This document shows positions 11,515-24,002 of a stretch of 64,000 nt of DNA, in pieces. Source of the stretch: Octopus sinensis (Eukaryota); assembly GCF_006345805.1 (NCBI RefSeq), contig NC_043000.1, positions 2,356,001 to 2,420,000 of the forward strand. The letters are read 5' to 3'. Both the position numbers and the translations under genes were made by a program. A model generated the notes under the pieces. The model had not been told where the DNA came from and searched no databases. It saw nothing but the letters and a program-made list of their open reading frames with translations. Positions within the stretch are counted from its first letter, which is position 1. Every line of letters starts with the position of its first letter.

Positions 11515-12390
11515 ATATATAAAAACCAGCTTAGAGAAGAAGAAGAAATGAAACAAAACCAAATGAATCGAATTGAATCGACACGAAGGCGCTCAGTCAT
11601 ACAATAGTGTAATAAATAAAATATATGCATACATACAAACATATATGTATGTACCTACATCTACATGTATATATACATGCATATATAAATATATATACGT
11701 GTGTAAAGGACACCACAAATAGACGTAGAACTCAACGAGAAACGAAAACGTAAAAACAGCATGGAACGGACCATTCCTTTAACAACGAAAAAACAGAGTA
11801 CAAGACAACTACATAAGGAAAAATCCCCTTCATCAGCTGTCCCTAGTTCAACTCCAGCATGTTTTGAAGGTGAGGACAGAACACGTCTCGTCGAACCAGT
11901 CCTTCCTGCGAAAGAATTAAATAAAATTACTTTGCAGAGGGGTAAAAACAAGGAAAAAGAATGTGACAAAAACAGGACGTAAAAACAATACAATTAAAAA
12001 CAAATACGAAATAAAAATACAATTACAAAAAATACAGTATTAGAAGGAATAGAAACAGGACAGGAAAACAAATAAAGAGGGCCTATAAACCTAGATGGGG
12101 AAAAAAATTTTTTTTTCACGAGCGCAGGAAGAAACATGTTTACTTGAATAAGGCCGCCAGTGAAAGGAAGTTCGTAGACCCGGCTGTGAGAGAGATGAGG
12201 AGGAGTGAGAGAGAGAGATAGAGAGGAAGGAAGCAAAAGAGGGTGAAAGAAAGAGAGAAGAAGGAGTTATAGAGTTTCGCGTCATAATTATATATAAAAA
12301 CCAGCTTAGAGAAGAAGAAGAAACAAAACCAAACCAAACGAATCGAATCAAATTGACGCGAAGGCGCTCAGTCATACATATATATAATCA
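11515..12390 (-). mobile_element. Non-coding element with an ~85-bp direct repeat, possibly Penelope-like
   Basis: 11515-11602 is repeated at 12290-12385. Flanked by (TA)n. The minus strand has CTGATGA at ~11829-11835. Family assignment is inference. Confidence 0.4.
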
Positions 12391-12404
12391 TTATCATCAT
12401 TTAA

Positions 12405-12812
12405 CATCTTCTACAGCTGGATGCCCTTCCTAACACCAACCACTCCGAGAGTTTAGTGGGTGCTTTTTATGTGCCACCAGCTTGGGAGCCACTCGGGCAG
12501 CACTAGCAATGACTACACAAACGGTGCTTTTTATGTGTCACTGACACGGGAGCCAGTCAAGCAGCACTGGCAACAGCCATGCTCTAACAGTGCTTTTTAC
12601 AGGCCATTGGCATAAGACCAGTCAGGCGGCACTGGTATCAACCACACTCGAATGGTGTATTTATGTGTCATTGGCATGGGTGCCAGTCAGGTGGTACTGG
12701 CATTGGCCACGACAAAGACTTCACTTGATTCAACAGGTCTTCGCAAGCACAGTTTATTGCCTGATGATTGAAGGGCACTCTTAAATGGGCCAGTTACGCT
12801 GTACTTGCATAA
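12405..12812 (-). mobile_element. RTE-1 3'UTR fragment
   Basis: Matches the 3'UTR of the LINE at 32731-36377 (CACCCACTAAACTCTCGGAGTGGTTGG block, ATC tail). Confidence 0.75.
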
Positions 12813-12829
12813 GCCATGGTTACAGTCTC

Positions 12830-12973
12830 ACATGCAACCATGTATTTCGGGTTCCATACCATTGCATAACACCCTGAGCAAGTGTGTTCTAATATGACTC
12901 TAGGCTGACCAATACCTTGTGAGTGAATTTGGTAAACAGAAACTGTGTGGAAGCTTGTCATATATATATATAT

Positions 12974-13014
<41 letters not shown>

Positions 13015-13625
13015 AGAGAGAACAAGGTGTACGTTATGCCGCAATAATTTATGTATAAAAATATATATAAAAATACAAAATGGGACAAGAACGCAAGACG
13101 TTAAAATAGACAACACAAAAAACACGGACGGGTCATTCGAAGCCTCTAATCTTCAGTCAAGAACCGGATCATCATAGCAATTTCAGCTGATTAATCTTGA
13201 AAGGTACTCTTAATCAGCCAAAATTGTGAGGATGATCCGGTTCTTGACTGAAGATTAGAGGCTTCGAATGACCCGTCCGTTTTTTTGTGTTGTCTATTTT
13301 AACGTCTTGCGTTCTTGTCCCATTTTGTATTTTTATATATATTTTTTATACATATATATTTTTATATATATATATATATACACATACACATGTATGCATG
13401 TGTGCGAGAGAGAGTGTGTGTTGTGTGTGTTTGTATTTGTTTGTTTCCCCACTGCCACTACTTGACAACTGGTGTTGGTTTGTTTACATCTCTGTAACTT
13501 AGCAGTTTGGCAAAAGAGATCAATAGAATATGTACCAGGCTTTAGAATAACTACTGGAATTAAGGTTAGGAATCCCCATCAAGGCAGCATATCAGCATAG
13601 CCACAGTTCAATAATTAAATGAAAA
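12830..13625 (+). mobile_element. Old SINE-A split by a palindromic insertion in its central microsatellite
   Basis: 5' half at 12830-12960, 3' half at ~13420-13625. Confidence 0.7.
13051..13353. repeat. Long inverted repeat, ~144-bp arms with a 15-nt spacer
   Basis: 13051-13194 pairs with 13210-13353. Near-perfect in the outer ~120 bp, imperfect near the centre. Confidence 0.9.
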
Positions 13626-13785
13626 AACAGTGAAAAAATATATATGACCACCCCACTCATTAATCGGGGTGTTTTTCTCAGTTTTGGTGAATCAGTCATA
13701 ACACAATGATTGTTTACCTGGAAGGGTTTCCATGAATGTGTAGATGTTGTACAGTAGAGTAGTGGTTCTCAAACTGACAAATACC

Positions 13786-14023
13786 TATTTCTTTACTACC
13801 CACAAGGGGCTAACCACAGAGGGGACAAACAAGGACAGACAAATGGATTAAGTCGATTACATCGACCCCAGTGTATAACTGGTACTTAATTTATCGACCC
13901 CGAAAGGATGAAAGGCAAAGTCGACCTCGGCGGAATTTGAACTCAGAACGTAATGGCAGACGAAATACGGCTACGCATTTTGCCCAGTGTGCTAACGTTT
14001 CTGCCAGCTCGCCGCCTTGTCGC
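13786..14023 (-). mobile_element. SINE-B monomer
   Basis: Full head and body. TSD CTGACAAATACC at 13774-13785 and 14024-14035. Confidence 0.9.
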
Positions 14024-14484
14024 CTGACAAATACCAGTTTTCCCTACCCTCTCATGCAAAAATATTATTGAAAATATGTTGCTTCTCTTACTGTATTTAT
14101 AAGAAGAGAAAATAGAGTTTGCGTTTGTATAATTTTTCTTTCTTTGCCATAATATTGAACAAGTTTAAAACCATTGTAGCCCTTTAACTGTGAAATTAAA
14201 TTTCATGGTTATTCCAATAATGATGTTAAATATATACCGAAAATAGAATTGATATTTTCTGTAAGTTACTTTGCCTCAATAAACTTGAGATATCTCAGCA
14301 AAAGATAGTTAAGGGTAATGAAATTTTCAGTGGATATATCTGATCTTTACAGTAAAAGGGTTAATTTTATTAAGTATTGCAATTTGTTCACCTTCTTTAC
14401 AATGCTCACAGCACTCCACTACTATGAGAAACACTACTGCAGAATTTAGAGCAGTGATTAAATTAAGCTGCCAGCTACAATCTA

Positions 14485-15049
14485 TTGGGTTGTCCGGAAA
14501 GTTCGTGCCAATTTTTAAAGGAAAGAAAAAGGTCAATAAATACTTGCCATTACATTTTTAATCAACCAAATATGAACCATTTTGTTGCACAATGAGTCTC
14601 TAGCTTTTCTTTAACTTGAAAATACCCTCTTCCCAGAATTGGGGTGGTTTCATGGCAAATAATTCATCAAGGTATCTTTTTACATCATCCAAGGAATTGA
14701 AATTTTTACCATTAAGACTATTCTGCAGAGACCTGAATAAGTGGAAATCCGAAGGAGCAATATCTGGTGAATATGGAGGGTTGAGTAACACATCCCAGCC
14801 AAGCTGCAGCAATTTTTGTCTGGTTCCCAAAGCATCTAGTGCCGAAAATGAACGTTCTTATCTTCCATTTTAAAGGGTTACAGAATTAACACAGGTTATA
14901 GGAACATAAACCTTCTTCCATGAAAAGATAGCTTAAACTGTGCTCTAAATGGAGGTGTAGTCAAATCCTATTTTATGGACTCAACCATGTTCTAAAATAA
15001 GTCGAAAGTAAGCTACTATAAATTGGCATGAACTTTCCAGACAACCCAA
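14485..15049 (-). mobile_element. Internally deleted mariner with intact ends (565 bp)
   Basis: 30-bp TIRs TTGGGTTGTC(C/T)GGAAAGTTC(G/A)TGCCAATTT and TA TSD. Retains the transposase C-terminus WDVLLNPPYSPDIAPSDFHLFRSLQNSL. Confidence 0.92.
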
Positions 15050-16074
15050 TAGAATAGACAACTAAAGTATCCTGTAACATGGAGGTATTTACTTTGGATA
15101 AATGACAACCCACCTTTAACTGTTTTCTCAATGAATGTGTCAGAACTGAAGGTAGTAGGCTGAATTGAGATATAATCTTCTTCCCAACTCTTCCTGTCCA
15201 CCCTTATATGATGTGGGGTAGCCATGTGTATTTCCTATAGCAAGACACTTTTGCTTATTCTGCTATCATACTTTAACCACCTAACACCTGGTATAAAGCC
15301 ACCTACCCCTCTCAAAAACTCCTCCTCCTTAGTCAAGGGGGCTTTTTACTTGTTCTTTTTCTGTCTTGCAAGTTACTCGGCAACCTTACTAGTGCTAGTG
15401 GCATGAAAAAAAACTGCACCCAGTGCACTCTGTAAAGTGATTGGCATTAGGAAGGGTATCCAATGAAGAAAGCATGCCCTAGCTGACATTGGAGCTAAAT
15501 GCAACCTGCAGCTTTTTGGGTCCTTCCAAACTGTCCTGCTCCTGCCAGCATAGATATCAAACATTAAATGATGATGACGATGACAACAATGATGACAAGA
15601 GCAAAATGGTTATTAAGTGAAAGGGGCAATTGCCCATTGACCATAGATTCTGCATTCACACTTTACTACTTCAGTTATTCTGTTCTGCCCTGGAGTAAGG
15701 CCTTTAATTCTGTTGGCTCCAGCTCACCAGCCTGACAGAAATATTGTTCCACCTTCCACTTTAGTTCAAGTTCAGTAGTTTTGAGTAGGAAGGACACCAT
15801 CCAGCTGTTGAAAACAAATGTTTCAGCAAATAAACCATCTCATCTATGGCAAAATGGAAAATTGGGGTTTAAACATGGCTGTGTGGTTAAGAAATTCACT
15901 TTACATTCACTTGGCTCCAGGTTTGATCTCACTGGAAATAGTTGCTAAATCTCCCTCAAATCACAGTTTGCTGTCTTTGTAGAAATGACAAATTAGATCC
16001 TTAAATCCTTAAATTCTTAAAAAATGTTTCAGTCCGAAAGCTGCGACCATGCTGGGGCACCACTGTTGAATGTG

Positions 16075-16270
16075 CTACACTAGTATGTGAAACCATCTCT
16101 GATATGTGGCACTTGGTCAACAAGGGAGTTTGATGCCACTGCCCACATCTGTGTTTCCTGCCGAGAGGTAGGTTCATCTGGAACACCTGACAAGAAGAGA
16201 TCCAGTTTAGTTTTAAAGAAACCCACATCCACACCATGCAGGTCTCTCAGGCATTTAGGAAGGATATTTA
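16075..16270 (-). mobile_element. CR1/L2-group LINE C-terminal fragment
   Basis: NILPKCLRDLHGVDVGFFKTKLDLFLSGVPDEP...SNSLVDQ resembles C-termini of CR1/L2-group RTs. Confidence 0.65.
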
Positions 16271-16817
16271 GATAATGAAGATCTAGATACAATATGACTT
16301 AATAAAGACAGGATGATCATGGCTGGAACATTTTCGACCATAGGTCTTCACCATTAGGGCCAGCCCAGGGCTAAACAACAACTATCTTTGATATTGATTA
16401 CACCTCTTCATAATCTTTTTCCATCAGGAATTTTTATTGCATTCCTTCTGACCCACTGACTGTGAAATGAAATTGCTAAAAATTCAATAAATTAGCTCTT
16501 CTTTTCCATTTTACTCAATTCTTTGAGGTTGTATTTTTTTGGTAATAAACACCATCTCTCTCTATAAAGTATGTCTTTTCCCCCCTCTTAATGTGCTATT
16601 TTTGCCTTGTAGCTGCAAAGGTTTCTGGTATTTTTCTTGTTTTTCTGCATCAGTTTGAGGAGCCAATGACTACTTCATTTGTAAGCATTCCCAGACTGAA
16701 CGTGGATGCTGTTTAATTTGAATTTATGCAGATTTGTATCTGTAGGAAAAATATAGCAGGGAGAGAATTCCACTGTATTTATGTTCTGAGAGGGAATGAA
16801 CATGCAAAGTGTTTAGT

Positions 16818-17120
16818 GCTTGCTTGCTTCATGCTCTTGCTTGATGAGGCTGTAGTCATCTCAGGTTAGTGGCCCCAGAGATGTCATCATGCATAGAACT
16901 GACTAGGTTCACTAGTGATCTCCATCACTGGCGGTCCCATGCCAGCTCCTCTGCATCCTTCAAGGTGATGTTGAGCCTCTGGAGATCTTCCCCAATCATG
17001 TCCAGCCATCTGGTGCAGAACCTGTCACAAGGCCTCTTCCAGCCTGCAGCTGCTGAGCTAAATTACAACCGCTTTGTGCAGGGTACCAGAAATGAGACAA
17101 GTGTACCAGGAGAACCTCGG
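16818..17120 (-). mobile_element. RTE-like LINE 3' fragment with (CAAG)-like tail
   Basis: The minus strand reads GWKRPCDRFCTRWLDMIGEDLQRLNITLKDAEELAWDR, an RTE C-terminal pattern. Confidence 0.65.
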
Positions 17121-17649
17121 TTAAGAGAGTACACATTTAGCTAGTATAAAGAAGTAATGGTCAGTGTAGAAGCAGTAGAAGAGATAGAGATAGGAAACCT
17201 TATATCTGATGGTTAAAGGTTGTACTGTGCAGATGAGATAGCTTTGACAATTAGTCAGGCAGATTTCTTTTTGATTTGGTCTGAGATGTTTCTCTATGTA
17301 GCACCAATACTGTCTCACATGTTTGGACAGTACTCTAGTGTGGGTTTTCCTTAATTTTGCAGATAGTCAACAACAGCAGCAGATAAGGACACTTTTTTTT
17401 TATGGACTCTTAAAAGAAGAAACCTAGACTTTTGTATTTAGATTTGGCAATATATTTGTGTGTGATTGCCATTAGAGATTTCCTGATATTGTTGATAGAC
17501 TAATTGTGAGTGAGTTGTGTCATTCATCTCAACCAACACATATCAGTGAAATAGCTGGCATTAAATACGACTTAACAATATTTATTGGTTATTTTTGTCC
17601 ACCAAATGTTGTTTGCGTAAAGCTACATCCTCTGGAGTCCAACCAAACC

Positions 17650-17662
17650 GTTGCCTAGCAAC
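17650..17662. promoter_or_regulatory. Candidate RFX X-box
   Basis: GTTGCCTAGCAAC fits GTNRCC-N0-3-RGYAAC and lies in a stretch with no recognisable repeat. Confidence 0.35.
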
Positions 17663-18316
17663 ACTGGCCACTATATGTACTTTCATCAGTTGGCTTTATA
17701 GATTAATATTAAGTGTCTGCTGCCAGTTATTAACCACTTAGTATTATGAGATTAATATGTAGTGAAGAAATATTGTTTAGCAGGCAGGAAACTGATTGAT
17801 ATTTATTTCCCTACAGATTTCTTTCTACATTAATCTTTGGTCAATTTTCTACTGTTTCGGACAAAACATGAAATTCGTGTTGATCTAATGAAAATATTCA
17901 TAATGTCGGATTCTTTACCTTCATTGATCAGTGCCAGACGTTTGGATTAGTGGTAAAGTGTGTGGTCAGACAGCAGCCATGTGGTCTTTTGCAAAGTGTG
18001 TGGTTTGTTAGTAATTCTGTGTTGCTGATAAAGTTATGTGGACAGACTATCGAAAGCAGAGGATTCGTAGTGACTAAAAAGTGTGTACGATATACCATTG
18101 ATGTGATATCATGTGGCAGTGAAGGTAGAGAACCTTGGAGCGACTACAAAGGTTGGCATGCTGTCGGTATTATGTTGTGTGATAGTGAAGATAGAGAAAC
18201 TTGTAGTGACTGAAGGGCCCATATGCTGTGACAGTAGTGTGATATCATGTGGGCCTGGCTATTAGTGTGTTAGGTCACAGTCATAAGGTTGTGGGTTCAA
18301 TTTTGTTGTAAGCATA

Positions 18317-18585
18317 GTACTTATTCTATCAGTATGTTTTGCCGAACCGCTAAGTTTACAAGGACGTAAACACACCAACATCAGTTGTCAAGCAATGGTG
18401 GGGGGACAAACACAGACACAGAAACACACACACATAAGTATATAGATACATATATATATATACATATATATATATACACACATACAATGGGCTTCTTTCA
18501 GTCTCCATGTACCAAATCCACTTACAAGGCTTTGGTTGGCCCCAAGGCTATAGTAGAAGACATTTGCTCAAAGTGCCATGCAATG
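18317..18585 (-). mobile_element. SINE-A, partial
   Basis: Matches other SINE-A copies, including the central microsatellite. Confidence 0.75.
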
Positions 18586-18799
18586 GAACATATATGCTTC
18601 ATATCTGTATAACAAGTTTCCAACCTCATTAAGCCATAACTATTTACAAAATGGTGAAAAGAAAGAGAAAAAGCAAATGGAAATTACATCTAACCTCTAT
18701 AACATTGTCTATCAAGGAAGTAAGTAAGATAACATGCATTATCCCAAGTAAGTAAAATAATTTCAGTTGGACAGGGACGTGAATGTGAGAATGGAAGCA

Positions 18800-19100
18800 T
18801 ATTTAACTTCCTAACACCAACCATTCCGAGAGTGTAATGGGGGCTTTTACGTGCCACTGGCATTGGTGCCATTTGTGTGACACCAGTATCTACCACAACT
18901 GCAATTTTGCTTGGCTTGATGAATCTTCTTCTCAAACATGACATGATGCCAATGGTCTTGGTCATTGCCTCCGTGAGGCCCAACTCTTGAAAGGAATGCA
19001 ACCACTTTTCCTCCGAGAGGCCCAGCGCTCAAAAGGAACTCAGCCACCTTGCCTCCATGAGGCCCAACACTTGAAAAGAACTCTGCCACTTTGCCTCCGT
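18800..19100 (-). mobile_element. RTE 3' fragment with a ~3x 42-bp tandem repeat at its 5' truncation
   Basis: The minus strand reads LGLTEAMTK, equivalent to LGLTEEMTR at the end of the RTE-1 ORF. The unit (G/T)CCTCCRWGAGGCCCA... recurs at 18967, 19009, 19051 and 19093. Confidence 0.65.
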
Positions 19101-19109
19101 TATACTAAT

Positions 19110-19333
19110 TGATAAAATATTGGTTTCAAATTTTGGCACAAGGTCAGCAATTTTCAGGGAGGGGCAATTTGATTGCATCAGCCCCAGTGCTCAATTGGTA
19201 CTTATTTTATTGAACCTGAAAGGATGAAAGGTAAAGTCAACCTCAGCAGAATTTGAACTCAGAACATAAAGATGAATGAAACGCTGCAAGGCAATTTGCC
19301 TGGCATGATAATGATTCTGTCAGCTCACTGCCT
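19110..19333 (-). mobile_element. SINE-B'
   Basis: B-type head and body with the TTGTGCCAAAATTTGAAACC tail. Confidence 0.75.
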
Positions 19334-21229
19334 TACTAATAAATAGAATATTAGAAACATATCTTTATTTAAAAGAATGCGAAATTAATGCATGAAAATA
19401 AAAAGAAGAGATCAGCTGATCACCAGAACTAATTTTCATTTGTCTCTCCTGTCTCTCATTTTCATCTGTCTCCCCAACAAGTTCTCATGTATAAAAGAAA
19501 GACTATTCTTTGAATTTAGAACCTGTGGAAGAAAATAAGGGACTAAATCAGAAGTGATCCTCATTAGCCAATGAGAGGGAGAAAGACGAACAATTTGAGG
19601 GGAATGTTTTATGTGGTCCTAGTTTGCATTCTTTAATTAAACCTCCTTAAAGCAGACATTTATCAAGTATTGGTTGATTATCAATCATAAAAGATTCAGA
19701 TATTCTATGTTCTAGTCTAATACATGTGCAGCTGTGTATGGCATAAATTAAACTTGTTTGTCACCAAATTTATTAGAAATCTCAACCATAGCATCTAGAT
19801 AATTAATCTTTATAAACAGCCTTGCCACTTCAGCTCACCTTTGAATCCCTAAGATAATCTTGAAAGGCAAAAAGTGGAAAAAAAAAAACCTATTATCAAG
19901 AATGAAAATATCTATGTATCTGTAACAACCACTAAGTTACCTAACTAAACCTTACTTTTTCTGTTTCTAAAAATCACTAAGGAAACTAAACTCTCATGAA
20001 ACCAAGTGTATATCAGCTAACAAATGACTTTAGCTATCCCCCATCAGAGAAATGTCTATAACTACTCTAAATATCTTGTCCACAAACAAAACATATGCAT
20101 TATCTGTGACAAACTTAACCAATTCTTTTAACTTATATTTTATTTTTTCAATTAGTATTTTTTCAATTTGTAAACCTATTATATCTTAGATTTGACATAA
20201 AGTACAATACATACTTTATGTCAAATCTCAGATACTTAAATTTATCTCCATACATCATATCCATTTAGATTAATAGATCCGATGTATAGAAGTGAATTTA
20301 AGTATGTATTGTGCTTTATGTCAAATTTCAGATACAATAGGTTTACTAATTTAAAAAATAAAAGGTAAGTTTTAATTTACAGATCTATAACAACCACTAA
20401 GTTGCCTAACTTAACCTTACTTCTGTTTCCAAAAACGTCTAAGAAAACCAAGCTACTCACAGTTTTTAATCATAAATTGCGTACTGTGTAGGAAAAATCT
20501 CTTATATGTTTATCTTAACTACTTCATATCCCTAAGTTTTTTTCCAGACCTTTTATGTTAGATGTAATGCTCCACAATAAACTAACTCCAAATGGCTTTA
20601 CAGTACCTAACAGAAGCTGTTTTAATCACACTTAATGCTTCATTAACTGAAGTTGCTATCAGTTTATTTGTACTTTTCCTTGCTCCAGATATAAACTTAT
20701 TTTTATGAGTTTTTGTTTTTGTGTAAATTAAGGTATCCAAAATAATTTAGGAAAGCAATGGTTTGTATCCTCTGCACGTTTACCCATTTAACTCTCCTAT
20801 TTTAAGCCTTAATCTTTCTACCAGTGCTTTGACCTTCACTGCAATGAATTCATGTTACATTACCACAAAAATTGTCTGTTGTTACTGCTAGTTCTCTTGC
20901 TTAACAACATTACATGACAGTTCCTGTATACAACTACAAAATTACCCACCATTTTATCTGCCAACACTAGACCATGCCTTTTTTTTTTATCTCACTTAAG
21001 TAGTGTCTTCCTTCTTTTTTATCAAGATCTGTCTTCCTAATTCTTTTTACTCACTCACTCACTCACTCTGTAGCAGCTCACTCGTAAAAGGGAACACTAT
21101 ATTTAGTGGTATATCACTGACACAACATAGATTCGATTTGTGGTTTAAAATAACTGAGTCGGGCTGGCACATCACACTTTCACAATACATTCATTTGAAT
21201 AAGGTTTACTGCTAAGCTGATACTTGCTA

Positions 21230-22210
21230 CTTTCCCTTTGAAAATATATTTGTTGCTTCACTACCTATTTCAAAATTGAAGAAGATATTTGCTTTGCTCT
21301 TTCTTACTTTGATACAAGCTGCACAATCTTCTTTGACAGTCAAATGCACAGGGATTTAACTGTCAATGAAGATATATATTTACTCTTAAATCTAACCAAG
21401 AGAAACTAGTGCATGTTTCACTTTAGGCAATGGATGGCCCTTTCAGAACTGTTCCCACTCTATTTTATCAACATAATATAAATCCTGTTCCTATTGTATC
21501 TGAAAAATTTTAGAATTTATCTTCTCATTTATGTATTAAGTGGAAAAGGCAAAACACTTTGTAAGTTCTTATTTGAAGATTTGGTAGAATTTGCAAAAGA
21601 AAATAGATTGCAACCGGGTCCCCAAACCATAATGACAGATTTGGAATTGGATGGACTCAAGGCTTTTAAAAGTAAATTTCAAGGTATTATTAGTAAAGTT
21701 TGTTTCATTCCACTTATGCCAATGCATTTTGCCAGAAACTTCAGATGAATGAATTGAACATGCAATATAACAACATTTCAATTTCAATTTAAAACTGTCA
21801 TTTGCTTGATTGCTATTCTTTCCATGTCATGAAATTCAAGTAACTTTTAATGAATTGAAGCTTCCTTTCCCTGAAGGAACCATAGAAATTACTGACTGGT
21901 TCAAAAATAATTGTCTGCTTGGTGAGATGAGACACTTGCATCATGGTGTTGTTTACTCACCAATATTAGAGGCACTAGATTTGTGATTTTGATATGAGGG
22001 TTTGCAGAATGGATTCTACATACTCAAAACAACATAGCACAGAAGATAAAAAAAAATTAGTAGACTGTTCTGGTTGGTATTTATCAAATCTTAGAAGAAT
22101 TTTAAAAAAGCAGAGTGCTATATTGAAATTAAATTGAAATATTCTCCAAGAGTGCCAAGCTCTAAAACAAGGTGCAATTCATAATCATGAATGTTAAACA
22201 GCTCTTACAG
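21230..22210 (+). pseudogene. MULE (Mutator-like) transposase remnant
   Basis: MDGPFRTVPTLFYQ; YVLSGKGKTL...FEDLVEFAKEN...PQTIMTDLEL...KVCF. Many stops and shifts. GGGATT(T)-repeat block at 22620-22740 may be its subterminal region. Confidence 0.75.
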
Positions 22211-22980
22211 ACTTGGGTCTTAGATCTGTCATAAGCCTACATGTTCATTATACCAGAGCTTATTGCAGTTTCTGTGACATACAAGTAACTAAGAATACAA
22301 TATTTTTCCTGATCAGGATACCAATCCATCACTGCTACTGGTACTAATTTTTGACTAAGTGGTCTGGAGTAACATGAAAGGAATTGTTTTTCTCAAGAAT
22401 TTAATGTGCTACCTGGCCTCGAAATTGAAACCACAATGTTATGATCATGAGTCCAACATCCTTACTACTAGACCACATGTTGCACATAGACTATCTCCCT
22501 GCAATGTGTTCTTATATGTTACTTCCATAACATCCCATTCCCCACTTTCACCTTTAAAACTAAATAAATGTCCTATAAGAATTTTTGTTTTTATATAATT
22601 ATTTTCTCCAGAAATACGTTTCCTGGATTTTATCCTTTCGGGATTGCAATTTATGGGATTTCAAATTTTAAGGATTCTGATCTTTTGGGATTTCAACATT
22701 TGAGATTTCAACATTTTCAGGCATTCAGAATTATAACCTAAACTCATTGCACGTGTGTGTATACACCAGCGTGTCTCAGTACATATGTGGGCCATCATTT
22801 TATATCTGCTTTTCCATGCTTGCATGGGCTGGATGGGTCTTTTCCAGCACAGCATTTTAGCTCTTATTGCAGTTCCTAGACATCTCCTTTGTGAGATTTA
22901 ACCTCTTGAGATGAACTTTCACCATTTCTTTCCATGCCTTCCTCAATCTTCTTTTGCATTTTCCATCCACTTGGAATGCT

Positions 22981-23020
<40 letters not shown>

Positions 23021-23149
23021 TTTATAGAAGGAGCTCCTTCTATAAAATAAATTAATTTACTCTGCTATGTATTGAGTACCTTATTTACTGTGGTTAACCC
23101 CAACTCAACCCGGGACCTACATATATATATATATATGTAGTTACCTGCA

Positions 23150-23467
23150 TCACCTTACTAGCACTTGTGCAGGTGGCACATGAAAAAAAACATTCAAGCG
23201 AGGTTGTTGCCAGTGCCGCTGGACTGGCTCCTGTGCAGGTGGCACATAAAAAGCACCATTTGAGCGTGGCCATTGCCAGTACCACCAAACTGGCCCTCGT
23301 GCCAGTGGCATGTAAAGGCACCCACTACACTCTCGGAGTGATTGGCGTTAGGAAGAGCATCCAGCAGTAGAAACTCTGCCGGATCAGATTGGAGTCTGGT
23401 TCGCCAGACCTCAGTCAAATCGTCCAACTCATGCTAGCATGGAAAGCGGACGTCAAACGATGATGAT
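23150..23467 (+). mobile_element. RTE-1 3'UTR fragment with (GAT)n tail
   Basis: Three hairpin sub-units, then the conserved terminal block GCTAGCATGGAAAGCGGACG. Confidence 0.8.
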
Positions 23468-24002
23468 TTTACCTGTCATCTTTCATATACGTCACATGTC
23501 CATACCAACATTTTCTTCTGTCTTTCACACAACATTTGATAACTCTCATACCCAGTTTTTCTCAGCTCATTTTTGTCTTGTTGTTCAGACACATTTCTAT
23601 TATACATCCAAGTGACCTTGCTCAACTCATTTCTTTCCCAACCACTCAACTTCGTCATGCATTTTTCATGTTTTGCTATCATCATCATCATCATCATCAT
23701 CATCTAATGTATGTTTTCCATGCTGGTATGGGTTGGATAGCTTGACTGGAGCTGGTGAGGTCAGGAGCTGCACCAGGTTCCATAGTCTATTTTTAGCTTG
23801 GTTTCCACTGTTGGATGCCATTCTTAATGTCAATCACTTTACAGAATGTACTGGGTGCTTTTTACATGGCACCATTCACTAACGCACTTTGTACACAAGC
23901 ACCTTACAGTTTGGCCTTCACCCAGAGAAAAATATCCCTTTGTTGCCAGCAGCGACAATAAATCCCTGAAGTTTTTCTTCTCTTTTATTATTCTGATTAC
24001 TG

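Noticed and set aside
15114-15234. Possible minus-strand exon (EIHMATPHHIRVDRKSWEEDY...)
   Set aside because: AG/GT bounded and open, but the acceptor is weak, no homology is recognised, and no partner exons could be linked.
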